DNA of 61,800 nt, filler included, from Chthonomonadaceae bacterium (lineage in GTDB: Bacteria > Armatimonadota > Chthonomonadetes > Chthonomonadales > Chthonomonadaceae), in the NCBI GenBank assembly GCA_035650735.1. It is 3 parts of 3 records of this genome, joined end to end, with 100 filler letters (N's around TTAATTAATTAA, not from the genome) between each part and the next. Parts side by side here need not be neighbours in the genome. Positions count along the whole stretch, not along the records: positions 1 to 24,915 come from DASRGZ010000069.1; 2 more parts are not named here. One strand, written 5' to 3'. The notes below the pieces were generated by a model, which saw only the letters and a list, made by a program, of their open reading frames with translations, was not told where the DNA came from and searched no databases. The position numbers and the translations under genes were made by a program. Positions 1 through 8,713 of the stretch are shown piece by piece (within the stretch, counting starts at the first letter, position 1; each line of letters opens with the position of its first letter).

Positions 1-1
1 T

Positions 2-142
2 CACGCGCCCAAGCACCAGCCACTTCCGGAGGCGGTGTGGATCAACCCGCCCGAAACCGGTCGGGCAGTGGCCGAACCAGGATCGGCTTTACTACAGTAA
101 AATCTTACGCTCGGCTGTCTCAAACTATTGACACGTTCCGCA
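2..142 (+). mobile_element. Right end of an IS3-family insertion sequence (transposase C-terminus 2..100 plus terminal inverted repeat ~116..142)
   Basis: Frame 2 reads HAPKHQPLPEAVWINPPETG...LLQ* (a P-x-L-P-x-x-V-W-I-N-P-P tail I associate with IS3-type transposases), followed by TGTCTCAAACTATTGACACGTTCCGCA ending in CA-3'. Confidence 0.7.
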
Positions 143-194
143 GTGGCTCCGGCAGTTGCCGAATTTTGGCGATGGTCGCCTCGTAGACGGTCAT
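143..194 (-). pseudogene. 5' fragment of a small DUF2281-like gene interrupted by the IS
   Basis: ATG at 194 with GGGAGGGA RBS upstream; MTVYEATIAKIRQLPEP runs straight into the IS end at 142. Confidence 0.45.
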
Positions 195-509
195 GGGTAA
201 TCCCTCCCAACGGTGCTGACGTATCTCCTCAGCAGCAGGCTGCGTGAGATTGATCCACACGGCTGGGAGTGTCTACCCGGTCATGGTTATCCTCCTGATA
301 AGCTCTGCGGAGTATAGAAACGCTTAAGACAGTATACGCTGAACCCATTCGTTGCGTCAATCCAATGCGACCACACCCGCAAAGAGATGAACACCAGGCG
401 TTCTTTTTACACTACCTTGAAACAAAACATCCCTACCCCTCGTGGCCTTACTCACAGACCACCAGAGGTAGGGATGGCTTCCTCCGCCGCCAACGCGGGA
501 ACGTCGCGG

Positions 510-1919
510 CTACCTTAGCTTGGCGTAGGCCATGTTGTTGGCAGTGTTGGGGAACCAGTAGGTGACTTCCGGCACGCCCAGCACCAGCTTGTCCACCAGC
601 TCCACGCCCTGCATCAGCGAGTGATCCTGGTTGCTGATCTCGTACTTCCAGCCGCCGAACCGGCCCCGCGAGTAGATGTTGTGCTTTGCCAGCTCGGGAT
701 GGATGGCGTTGAGCGCGTCGTCGCGGCCCAGCGCGGGCGTCGGATAGCCGTAGTGCGCCCGGTACGACCAGGTGGACAGCACATCATGGGTCTTGTTGAT
801 CAGCTTGGTGGCGAACATCCCCTCGATGGTATCCTCGATGACCCGCTCCGTCTCCACCGGCTTATGGTGCGATTCGGAAATCTCGGCCATTAGCGACCAC
901 TGCGTATTGATGTCCGGCACGTTGTTGGGCGAGTAGTTGCTGAAGACCGTCACGCGGTAGAACGGGCAGTTGCTCTCCGGGAAGTACATCCAGCACTTCT
1001 TCTTCAACGTCTCCGGCGGCTTGCCCGACAGCCCGACGCCGACGATATTGGTGGAGCTATAGCGCAGTCGGCTGGCCGGCTCTTTCAGGCTCTCAAACTC
1101 CGCCAGATGAACCAGGCGATCTATCGGCAGTGTCGAGATCAGCACGTCATACTCATCGTGCGTGCCATCCGTAAAATAGACCTTCCGGGCCGTCGGGTCT
1201 ATGCCCGCGACCTCCTTCTTCAGGGTGATCTTCTCGCGCCCGATGAGATTGGCGACGCTTTCCCAGACCGCGCCCGTGCCGCCGTAGAGCGGGAACCGGA
1301 ACGTGTTGTTCGGCCCCCAGGAGAGGTCATCTTTCCCATGGAACACGTTGTAGAGGACCTTCTCCAGGTCGGTCACCGCCACGCGCTCGCCGATCCAGTT
1401 GTAGTCCATCTCCTCGCCGGGGTAGGCCCAGACTTTGAAGTTGTACGGGACCATGAAGACCTCGGCCAGTCCCTCGCCAAACGTGGCGTCAATCCACTCG
1501 CGGAAGTTCTTCGGCTTGCCCTGGAACGGCTGCTTATAGAGCCGGATCAGCCCTTGCAGGCACTTCCACTGAGTCTCCGGGCGCAGATAGCGGATATTGT
1601 TCTGGAACGGATAGGGCACAAAGCGGCCCTCAATCCAGACCCAGGACTCGCGCTCGTGGTTGAGCCACTTATCGCCGAGGGCCTTATCCATCAGGTCGTC
1701 AAAATAGCGGTAATGCGAGAATTGAACGTGTCCGCCGACGTCCCAGGTAAAGCCCTGTTCATCTTTATGGGAGGTGGCGAGGCCGCCGACCTGCCCGGCG
1801 CGGTCATAGATATGGAAGTGGTCGTGCCCCAGTTCTTGCAAGCGGTAGGCGGCTCCCAACCCCGTCGGCCCCGCGCCCAGAATCACAACGCGCTGATCGG
1901 TGGTAAGGGTTCCTCGCAT
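510..1919 (-). CDS. FAD-dependent UDP-galactopyranose mutase, eukaryote-type (GLF/UGM-like)
   Basis: GAGPTGLG dinucleotide-binding motif; DVGGHVQFSHY, VPYPFQNNI, PYNFKVWA, WIGERVA, WGPNNTFRFP..GGTG and RGRFGGWKYEISNQDHS motifs resemble fungal/trypanosomatid UGM. Confidence 0.75.
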   Translation of the reverse strand: MRGTLTTDQRVVILGAGPTGLGAAYRLQELGHDHFHIYDRAGQVGGLATSHKDEQGFTWDVGGHVQFSHYRYFDDLMDKALGDKWLNHERESWVWIEGRFVPYPFQNNIRYLRPETQWKCLQGLIRLYKQPFQGKPKNFREWIDATFGEGLAEVFMVPYNFKVWAYPGEEMDYNWIGERVAVTDLEKVLYNVFHGKDDLSWGPNNTFRFPLYGGTGAVWESVANLIGREKITLKKEVAGIDPTARKVYFTDGTHDEYDVLISTLPIDRLVHLAEFESLKEPASRLRYSSTNIVGVGLSGKPPETLKKKCWMYFPESNCPFYRVTVFSNYSPNNVPDINTQWSLMAEISESHHKPVETERVIEDTIEGMFATKLINKTHDVLSTWSYRAHYGYPTPALGRDDALNAIHPELAKHNIYSRGRFGGWKYEISNQDHSLMQGVELVDKLVLGVPEVTYWFPNTANNMAYAKLR

Positions 1920-1922
1920 CGT

Positions 1923-3185
1923 CTATTCACCTCCTAATCCTGTAGTCGCACGCGCTCCGACACCCGCGCTCTGCCCGGTGGTCGGGGCCGAAGTAGCACT
2001 CGGCGTGGTCGGAACACGGTGGGCGGCGGCGCGCTGCGCCTTGCCGGTCGGCGTCTTGGCCCACTCCCTGTCCATGAGCGTCTTCATGTTCTCCGCGATG
2101 GCGTCCCAGGCTTGCTCGGCCAGAATCTTCTCTTCCCGCCGCCGCTTGCGCTCCCGCTCCTCCGCCGGTTCATTGAGGGCCGCGTCAATCTGGGCGATGA
2201 AGGCTTCTGGCGTGTCGGCAAGGAACACGATGTCGCTGTAGAACCGCTCTACGTCCTTGATCGGCGTCGAGACGATGGGCCGGTGGGTCGCCATGTACTC
2301 CAGCGTCTTGGTCGGGCTGATGAACCGGGTCGCCTCGTTCATCGCGAAGGGCATCAGGCAGACGTCGGTGCCCTTGAGGATGCGCGGCAGGTCGGCGTAC
2401 TGCTGCTGACCCGGATAGTGCAGGTTCGGGGCTTTGGGCAGGTCCGCCGGGTCCACTTTGACGATTGGGCCGCACATCAAAAACTGCATGTCGGGCCGCG
2501 CCTGCGCCATTGCGCCGATGATGTCGTAGTCCAGCCGCTCGTCAATGACGCCGATGTAGGTGGCGCGCGGCGTCGGAATAGCCTGCATCCAGTCGGGCAC
2601 GGTAGTGCCCGGGTGGCACGCCAGGGAATAGTGCTTGGCATCCACGCCGCTGGCGAACAGGTGCGTGTTCGGGTTCATGTGCTTCTTAGCATCATACAGG
2701 CTGGCCCCGCCCGTAAATACGACCGCCGCCTTGCCTAGCAGACGCCGCTCCTGATCTCGAAGCTGGGGAGGCGCGAATTTGAAATTGGCTAGCTCGTCCA
2801 TGACATCGTAGACGATCATCTCCGGCTGGACGACCTCGACCATAAACTCCGGCGTGGGGGTGTAGAACCAGAGGGCGCGGTGGCGGAAATCGAGGGCGCG
2901 CAGCGCCTCGCGCACCTGCTGTCGGATGCGCTCCTGGCACGGCCACAGCCAGAGCGGGGTATCGCCGCACTCGCTTGCGCGCACCTGCGGCGTCAGCGTC
3001 ACCACGTTGGGCATCACCTCTTGCAGCACGGCGGGCGGCGAGGCGGCATCTTCCGGCGCATGGATGGGTTCTTCGACAAACAGAACGCGATGGTGGCGGG
3101 CCAACCGGGACAGAAGCTGCTGCGGGCGCTGCCAGACAAAGCTCCAGCGCAGGTGCGAGGCGACGATCAGATCAAAAGTGTCCAT
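1923..3185 (-). CDS. GT-B glycosyltransferase (SHLRW..VWQRPQ family, usually found next to UGM genes)
   Basis: SHLRWSFVWQRPQQLLSR, YDVMDELANF, FISPTKTLEYMA motifs; ATG 3185 with GGAAGGAG RBS; 3 nt upstream of the UGM start. Confidence 0.85.
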   Translation of the reverse strand: MDTFDLIVASHLRWSFVWQRPQQLLSRLARHHRVLFVEEPIHAPEDAASPPAVLQEVMPNVVTLTPQVRASECGDTPLWLWPCQERIRQQVREALRALDFRHRALWFYTPTPEFMVEVVQPEMIVYDVMDELANFKFAPPQLRDQERRLLGKAAVVFTGGASLYDAKKHMNPNTHLFASGVDAKHYSLACHPGTTVPDWMQAIPTPRATYIGVIDERLDYDIIGAMAQARPDMQFLMCGPIVKVDPADLPKAPNLHYPGQQQYADLPRILKGTDVCLMPFAMNEATRFISPTKTLEYMATHRPIVSTPIKDVERFYSDIVFLADTPEAFIAQIDAALNEPAEERERKRRREEKILAEQAWDAIAENMKTLMDREWAKTPTGKAQRAAAHRVPTTPSATSAPTTGQSAGVGARATTGLGGE

Positions 3186-3237
3186 AACTTCACTATCTCC
3201 TTCCAATAAGCGTGCATTTCCCTAGAACCGCGCCATC

Positions 3238-3270
3238 CTGCGGCGGGATGGCGACGCCATCCCGCCGCAG
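3238..3270. repeat. Perfect 15-bp inverted repeat
   Basis: CTGCGGCGGGATGGC-GAC-GCCATCCCGCCGCAG. Confidence 0.8.
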
Positions 3271-3802
3271 CGCAGCGGGGTAAAGCCGTCGTGAGCTTTG
3301 CCCAATCGCCCCGAGGGAAACGCCTTCGCGATCCTGTGCGGTTTCCGGCAGGCAGGCGCGCAGCCTGCGCCGTCTCCCGGTCGGCAGGGGCACAACGGGC
3401 CCTGTGGCGCGCGGTTGGCCCTGCCGCACAGGAACGGTATCCTCAAGGAAAAAGAGAACGTCGCCGGGGCGCTGACCTTCTCTCTACGCGGACTGTAGAC
3501 AGGCCGCACCTACCGATGCCTGCTGCGTATCGGGAGCGGCCTTATCCAGCCCCGCATGGGTATTCACTTGTCCCAGACAATCACGAGACGAGGCCGTAAG
3601 CGGTTACCAGCTACCAACGTGGAACGCCTGAGGGAGGCGAGTGGTAGACCTATCAACGTAGCAGAGCCGCCTGGGAGCAGGCAATTGAGGTTTTACTTGT
3701 TTGGCCGTTGGACGGGGACACGCCCGGTAAGGTTCCCGAAATTTCGGCCTTTCTTACGGATTTTCGGCGCCCTTTTCAGGCCGTTCGCCCGCCCAGATCG
3801 GC

Positions 3803-3831
3803 TTGACAACCCTCCTGGGGGGCAGTATACT
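3803..3831 (+). promoter_or_regulatory. Sigma70 promoter upstream of the mini-array/prfB
   Basis: TTGACA(3803-3808)-17 nt-TATACT(3826-3831). Confidence 0.8.
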
Positions 3832-3854
3832 GATTGTAGAAAACGTAAGAAGGA

Positions 3855-3931
3855 CTATTCCCCGCACACGCTGGGGTGAACTGGAGTAACCTGCCGAGCG
3901 GGTTATTCCCTGCACGCGCGGGGGTGAACCG
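3855..3931 (+). CRISPR. Type I-E-like CRISPR mini-array (2 degenerate 29-nt repeats, one 19-nt spacer), no cas genes nearby
   Basis: R1 3855-3883 CTATTCCCCGCACACGCTGGGGTGAACTG; spacer 3884-3902 GAGTAACCTGCCGAGCGGG; R2 3903-3931 TTATTCCCTGCACGCGCGGGGGTGAACCG; both fit the I-E pattern TTCCCCGC-N4-GCGGGG + 8-nt handle ending AACCG. Confidence 0.75.
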
Positions 3932-4011
3932 GAGAACGGCGGGAGCGCCGCGTAGTAAGGCGTTGTTAAGCCTGCTCGGCAGGTTACTCCGGTTATGGAG
4001 GGAGAATTCAC

Positions 4012-5158
4012 TTGCTCGAAAATATTCGCCGTGAAGCGCGCGACCTGCGCGCCCGGCTGGTCGAGCTGGGAGGTCATCTTTGACGCTGCCAGCCGCGAAT
4101 CGGAAATAGCCGACCTGGAGCGCCGCGCCGCTCGTCCCGACCTCTGGGACGACCCGACCACCGCGCAGGAGTTGCTGCAGCGGCTCAGCCAGGCCAGAGA
4201 AGCCCTCGTGCCCTATAAAGCGCTGGAGGCGCGGCTGGACGATCTGGAAGTGATGGGCGATCTGCTGGCCGAAGCAGCCGCCCCGGAGGAGGACCATGCC
4301 GCCGAGCTGCGCGAGCTAGAAAAGGAAGCGCGCAGCATCGCCGAAGCCCTGGATCAGCTAGAACTGGAGACCCTGCTTTCCGGAGAGAACGACGCCGCCG
4401 ATGCCATCGTCGAGATCAAGGCGGGCGCAGGCGGCACGGACGCCTGCGATTGGGTGACGATGCTCCAGCGGATGTATCTGCGCTGGGCGGAGACGCACGG
4501 TTATCGCTGCGATATTCTGGAGGAGAGCGAGGCGGAAGTGGCGGGCCTGAAAAGCACGACCTTCATCGTGCGCGGCAAAAACGCCTATGGTTATCTCTCC
4601 GCCGAACGGGGCGTGCACCGCCTGGTGCGCATCTCGCCCTTTGACGCCAACAAGCGCCGACAGACCTCGTTCGCCTCGGTGGACGTGCTGCCGGATCTGG
4701 GCGAGGAGATCAAGGTAGACATCAATCCGGACGACCTGCGCATAGATGTCTATCGTGCCAGCAGCGCGGGCGGACAGCATGTCAACAAGACCGAATCGGC
4801 GGTGCGCATCACGCACCTGCCGACGGGCATTGTGGTGACCTGCCAGAACGAGCGCTCGCAGCACAAAAACAAAGCGATGGCCATGCAGGTGCTGCAAGCG
4901 CGCCTGCTGGAGCGCGAACGGCGCGAGAACGAGGAGAAGATGGCGGCCCTGCGCGGCGAAGTCAAAGCCAACGAGTGGGGCAACCAGGATCGCTCCTACG
5001 TTTTCCAGCCCTACACCCTGGTCAAAGATCACCGCACCGGCTATGAGACCGGTGATGTTATCGGCGTGATGAACGGCAACATTGACCCGTTCATTCAAGC
5101 CTATCTCCAGTGGAAACAGGGCAAAGCCAACCGGGAAGAGGTCGCCGGCAGGAAGTAA
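4012..5158 (+). CDS. prfB: Peptide chain release factor 2, programmed +1 frameshift at 4078-4084
   Basis: TTG start 4012 after [33 protein letters not shown] then CTT-TGA-C with internal SD GGAGG just upstream; downstream frame has SPF (RISPFD) and GGQ motifs. Confidence 0.97.
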
Positions 5159-5279
5159 CCTCGGCCTCTTCTTTAACCCCTGTTTTCTCACTTTTGCCTA
5201 ACCCCCGTCTCGCTCCCCAAAGCGGGCGGGGGCGGGAATCCTGGCCCTTCGGGGCAGAAAGTTTGCAAGAGGGAAACCT

Positions 5280-5951
5280 ATGAAATCCCTGGGACGGCGT
5301 GCGGTCGCTCTGCTTAGCCTGTTGGGCGCTATGGCGCCCTCGCTTTGCGCCCCCGCCGTTGGCAGCGCCCAGACCTACCGAACGGACGTTGAGTTGACGA
5401 CCAAAGAGGCGGGCAAGAAGGAAGTGACGCTGGGGAATCTGGTCGCGGATGCTATCCGCGCCGCCGCTAAAAGCGATGTTGCCATTATCGCCGCCTCCTC
5501 GTTTAACGAGACCACGCTCCCCAAAGGCAGCTTCACCGCTCAGGATGTCCTGCGGGCGGTGGACGGCAAGGACGATACCATCGTTCTGGTTAAGCTGACC
5601 GGCGATCAACTCCTGCGCGCGCTGGAACACGGCCTCTACGTCTATCCGATCTCTAACAGCGGCTTCCTGCAGTTCTCGGGCATGACGGTCACCTTTAATC
5701 CTAGCGCCGAGAAGGAGCGGCGTGTCGTCTCCGTCAAAATTGACGGGGAGCTGTTGCAGCCGGGCAAGACCTATAAGGTTGCCATGCCGGCCCCGCTCGC
5801 CAACGGCGCGCTCGCCTACTTTAAGATCTGGAAGAAAAGCGACATCGAGAAGGACACCGACAAGACCCTGGAATCGGCGATCATCGCCTATCTCAATGAG
5901 CATAAGACGATCACAAAGGCCGATGAGCGCCTTGTCGCCAGGGGCCGGTAA
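5280..5951 (+). CDS. Secreted 5'-nucleotidase C-terminal-domain protein
   Basis: Signal peptide; EVTLGNLVADAIR, LTGDQLLRALEHG, GFLQFSG, YKVA motifs; no metallophosphoesterase N-domain. Confidence 0.8.
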   Translation: MKSLGRRAVALLSLLGAMAPSLCAPAVGSAQTYRTDVELTTKEAGKKEVTLGNLVADAIRAAAKSDVAIIAASSFNETTLPKGSFTAQDVLRAVDGKDDTIVLVKLTGDQLLRALEHGLYVYPISNSGFLQFSGMTVTFNPSAEKERRVVSVKIDGELLQPGKTYKVAMPAPLANGALAYFKIWKKSDIEKDTDKTLESAIIAYLNEHKTITKADERLVARGR

Positions 5952-7092
5952 GCACCGGGCGCGGCGGCGCCCTTTCCTTTTTTCTGCGGGTCTCGGCGGC
6001 GCCCTGTGCGCCCTGGTATTGGCGGCGACCGGAATGCCTGGCTGCCAGAAACCGGACCGTACGCCCGTTACCACCGCCGTGACCTCGCCCGCAGGCGCCG
6101 TCCCCAACGCAGCGGGAACCTCCCCGGCACGCACAACGTCTGTCAAGCAGACGGTGCAACGCCCGACCTTTGATGGGGAGCGGGCTTTGGCGCAACTGAA
6201 GAAGCAGTGCGATTTTGGTCCCCGGCCTCTCGGCTCCGAGGCGCATGAGAAACTGCGTGCCTACCTCCTCGCTGAGATGAAGAAGTATGCCGATAAGACC
6301 CTCACGCAGGAGTTTACCTACCGGGATATGCCGGTGACCAACATCGTCGGCATCTTCTATCCTGAGGGCTCACAGCAGCCAGCAGCGCAGCCTGTCCTGC
6401 TGATGGCTCACTGGGATACACGCCCGATTGCCGATGGCCCGTACTCTTCGGAGGTTGGTAAGAACCCGCCGTTCCGCTACGGCCCGCACGGCTGGAACCG
6501 CACTGCACCCATTCTGGGCGCCGACGATGGCGCTTCCGGCGTGGCGGTGCTGCTGGAGCTGGCCCGCCTGTTCAAACAGAAGCGTTCCCCTGTGGGCGTG
6601 CTGCTGCTGCTTGACGACGGCGAGGACTACGGCGACTTCCGCGCCAATAACGGAGAGGGCGACGGCGTGATATTGGGAGCGCGGTACTTCGCCAAGCATT
6701 TTCAGGAGACGAAAGAGTTCGGGCGGCCCAACTACGGAATCCTTCTGGATATGGTCGGGGCGAAGGGGCTGATCCTGCCGCGTGAGGATTTTTCGCAGCA
6801 GTACGCGCCGGGCACCAACGACAAAGTTTTCGGCATGGCGCAGGCCTTAGGGTATGGCAATATCTTCCTTGCCAACGAAACGCAGTCCGTGGAAGATGAC
6901 CATATTCCTCTCAATCAGGCCGGCATTCCGACGATTGACCTGATCCATCCGTTACCCTTCGGCAACTATGAGACGACCGGATATCGGTTCTGGCATACGC
7001 TACAGGACACGCCGGATAAGTGCAGCGCGAAATCGCTCAAGGCGGTGGGGGAGACGGTCGCTGAGGTCCTCTACCGCGAGACGCCCGAATGA
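5923..7092 (+). CDS. M28 family peptidase / glutaminyl cyclase-like lipoprotein
   Basis: FGPR, MAHWDTRP, GADDGASG, DGED, LLDMVG, EDDH, WHT motifs; hydrophobic stretch ending in GC; ATG 5923 overlaps the upstream gene end. Confidence 0.85.
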   Translation: MSALSPGAGKHRARRRPFLFSAGLGGALCALVLAATGMPGCQKPDRTPVTTAVTSPAGAVPNAAGTSPARTTSVKQTVQRPTFDGERALAQLKKQCDFGPRPLGSEAHEKLRAYLLAEMKKYADKTLTQEFTYRDMPVTNIVGIFYPEGSQQPAAQPVLLMAHWDTRPIADGPYSSEVGKNPPFRYGPHGWNRTAPILGADDGASGVAVLLELARLFKQKRSPVGVLLLLDDGEDYGDFRANNGEGDGVILGARYFAKHFQETKEFGRPNYGILLDMVGAKGLILPREDFSQQYAPGTNDKVFGMAQALGYGNIFLANETQSVEDDHIPLNQAGIPTIDLIHPLPFGNYETTGYRFWHTLQDTPDKCSAKSLKAVGETVAEVLYRETPE

Positions 7093-7148
7093 GGTCAACC
7101 TTCGGGAAATCGACGCCTGTGCTCAAGAGGGTCTGAGAAAACCGTTCT

Positions 7149-7184
7149 CCCTCTCCCTGCAAGGGAGAGGGCCGGGGTGAGGGG
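7149..7184. repeat. REP-like palindrome (CCCTCACCCCGGCCCTCTCCC...GGGAGAGGG family)
   Basis: CCCTCTCCCTGCAAGGGAGAGGGCCGGGGTGAGGGG; related copies at ~9918-9955, ~11265-11450, ~29512-29549, ~31837-31872, ~36317-36570, all intergenic. Confidence 0.75.
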
Positions 7185-7369
7185 AGAGCATTATTCCCCG
7201 CCATGCTGTGTTCGAGGGTCTATTTCGCAGGGAGAACTCGCGTGTAATTTTTAGCAGCAAAGCAGCACAATCTGCCGGAGAGGCCAGCTTGCCCGGCGCG
7301 ACGATCCGCACGCAGAAGAGGCACGCCAGCAGGCCAGGAGACGGCGGTAGGATAAAGGGGGCGGCGGTC

Positions 7370-7687
7370 ATGGCATCCAGAGAAGCAGGCCAACCAGGAC
7401 AGGGGCACGCGCTACCGTTCCGCGAGACGGAACTCAAAATCTGTGACCTCTGCGGCTGGCTCAACCACGAGTCCAACAAGGAATGTTTTGTCTGCGGCTG
7501 GCACGGCCACTTTACGCGAGATGTGGGAATCATCCATGCAGCGGTTGAGCTCGCTGTACGCCGTTATGGCCGTCTGGAGTTGCAGCATTTCACCGATCCG
7601 CGCACCTACCGGCAGCCGGCGTCGCCCCCCTTACGCCAGCGCTTCCGCGAGTGGCTGCGGCGGATTGGCGCCTGGCTGCGCGGCTGA
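7370..7687 (+). CDS. Small zinc-ribbon protein
   Basis: CDLC-x10-CFVC motif; ATG 7370 after AGGGGG. Confidence 0.6.
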   Translation: MASREAGQPGQGHALPFRETELKICDLCGWLNHESNKECFVCGWHGHFTRDVGIIHAAVELAVRRYGRLELQHFTDPRTYRQPASPPLRQRFREWLRRIGAWLRG

Positions 7688-7854
7688 GCCGACCGCAGTT
7701 CTCTCCGCGCTGCCGCCGCGCTTCCCGTCCCTGGCCTTCGTGAAATAGCGCGCAAATCCCTGTCCATTCCCATCTGGCCCTTTCCCCGTTCTGCGTATCC
7801 TCATGGAGCCGACGGAGGGAGGGGCCTTTTCTCTGCCGGGCCGCAGGCGGCGCA

Positions 7855-7883
7855 TTGACAGGGCACGCCTCCGGCGGTACAAT
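7855..7883 (+). promoter_or_regulatory. Sigma70 promoter for the Uma2 gene
   Basis: TTGACA-17 nt-TACAAT. Confidence 0.65.
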
Positions 7884-7926
7884 ACGGCCAGGAATGCTAT
7901 ACTACCGCGCGAAAGGAAAGCGCAAA

Positions 7927-8580
7927 ATGTCTGCCACGATCCCCTTGAAACAAGTGAAGGAATGCTCGACCAAATGGGTTGGGCCGCGCCCCATCACGTT
8001 TGAGGAATTTCTTGACCTCTTTGGCCCGGTCTTCGACAAAGAGTACGACGTCGAACTGATAGATGGAACGGTGGTGGAGAGAATGTCGGCTCAACTTGAA
8101 CACGAGAAGCTTTTTAACTGGCTGTATCGGTTGATGGGCGATTATGTGGAGGAGCGCAACCTGGGAATAGTGCTCGGCTCCCGAACGCCAGTAAAGATCA
8201 ATGACTATCGCGGGCGGCTGCCGGATCTGCTCTTTGTGCGCCAGGAGCGCCTCGACATCGTTGAGCAGAGGGCGATCTACGGTGCGCCTGACCTGGCAGT
8301 TGAGATCGTCTCTCCCTCTGACCGGCCCTCCAATATCACTGCTCTTGAGACGGATTACCGCTCCCTGGGCGTTAGTGAGATCTGGCTGATAGACCTGCCC
8401 AGGCGGCGCGTGCGCGTCCTGCGCCGACGCGATGGCGATTACACGGAGGAGGAGCGGACTACCGGCCTGCTCTCCTCGGAGGCCATAGAAGGCTTTCGCC
8501 TGGAGATAGAGTGGCTCTGGACGGAGCCGCGCCCCGCCGTGCGCGCGACGTTGGCTCAGTTGCTGGAAGAGCCGCGCTAA
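7927..8580 (+). CDS. Uma2 family endonuclease
   Basis: ELIDG, PDLLFV, GAPDLAVEIVSPSD, Y..LGVSEIWLID motifs. Confidence 0.9.
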   Translation: MSATIPLKQVKECSTKWVGPRPITFEEFLDLFGPVFDKEYDVELIDGTVVERMSAQLEHEKLFNWLYRLMGDYVEERNLGIVLGSRTPVKINDYRGRLPDLLFVRQERLDIVEQRAIYGAPDLAVEIVSPSDRPSNITALETDYRSLGVSEIWLIDLPRRRVRVLRRRDGDYTEEERTTGLLSSEAIEGFRLEIEWLWTEPRPAVRATLAQLLEEPR

Positions 8581-8713
8581 CGCCCCACCCTGACTCCAGG
8601 GTCAGCGCATTTTCCTTGCCTTCCATTTATGCCCGGCAGTCGTGAGAAGTACAAAATGCGCTCGCTCTGGTCCCTGAATTTAAAACCAAGCTCCGGGAAA
8701 GGAACCGCAAACG

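Noticed and set aside
3968..3970. AAG next to the spacer match read as an I-E PAM
   Set aside because: It is on the wrong strand/end for the repeat orientation (hairpin then GTGAACCG handle on +); the true PAM position reads CCG.
3995..4081. ORF-track start of prfB at 3995 (MEGEFTCS...)
   Set aside because: The real N-terminus is in another frame (TTG 4012) and joins via the CTT-TGA-C +1 frameshift, which is well known and not novel.
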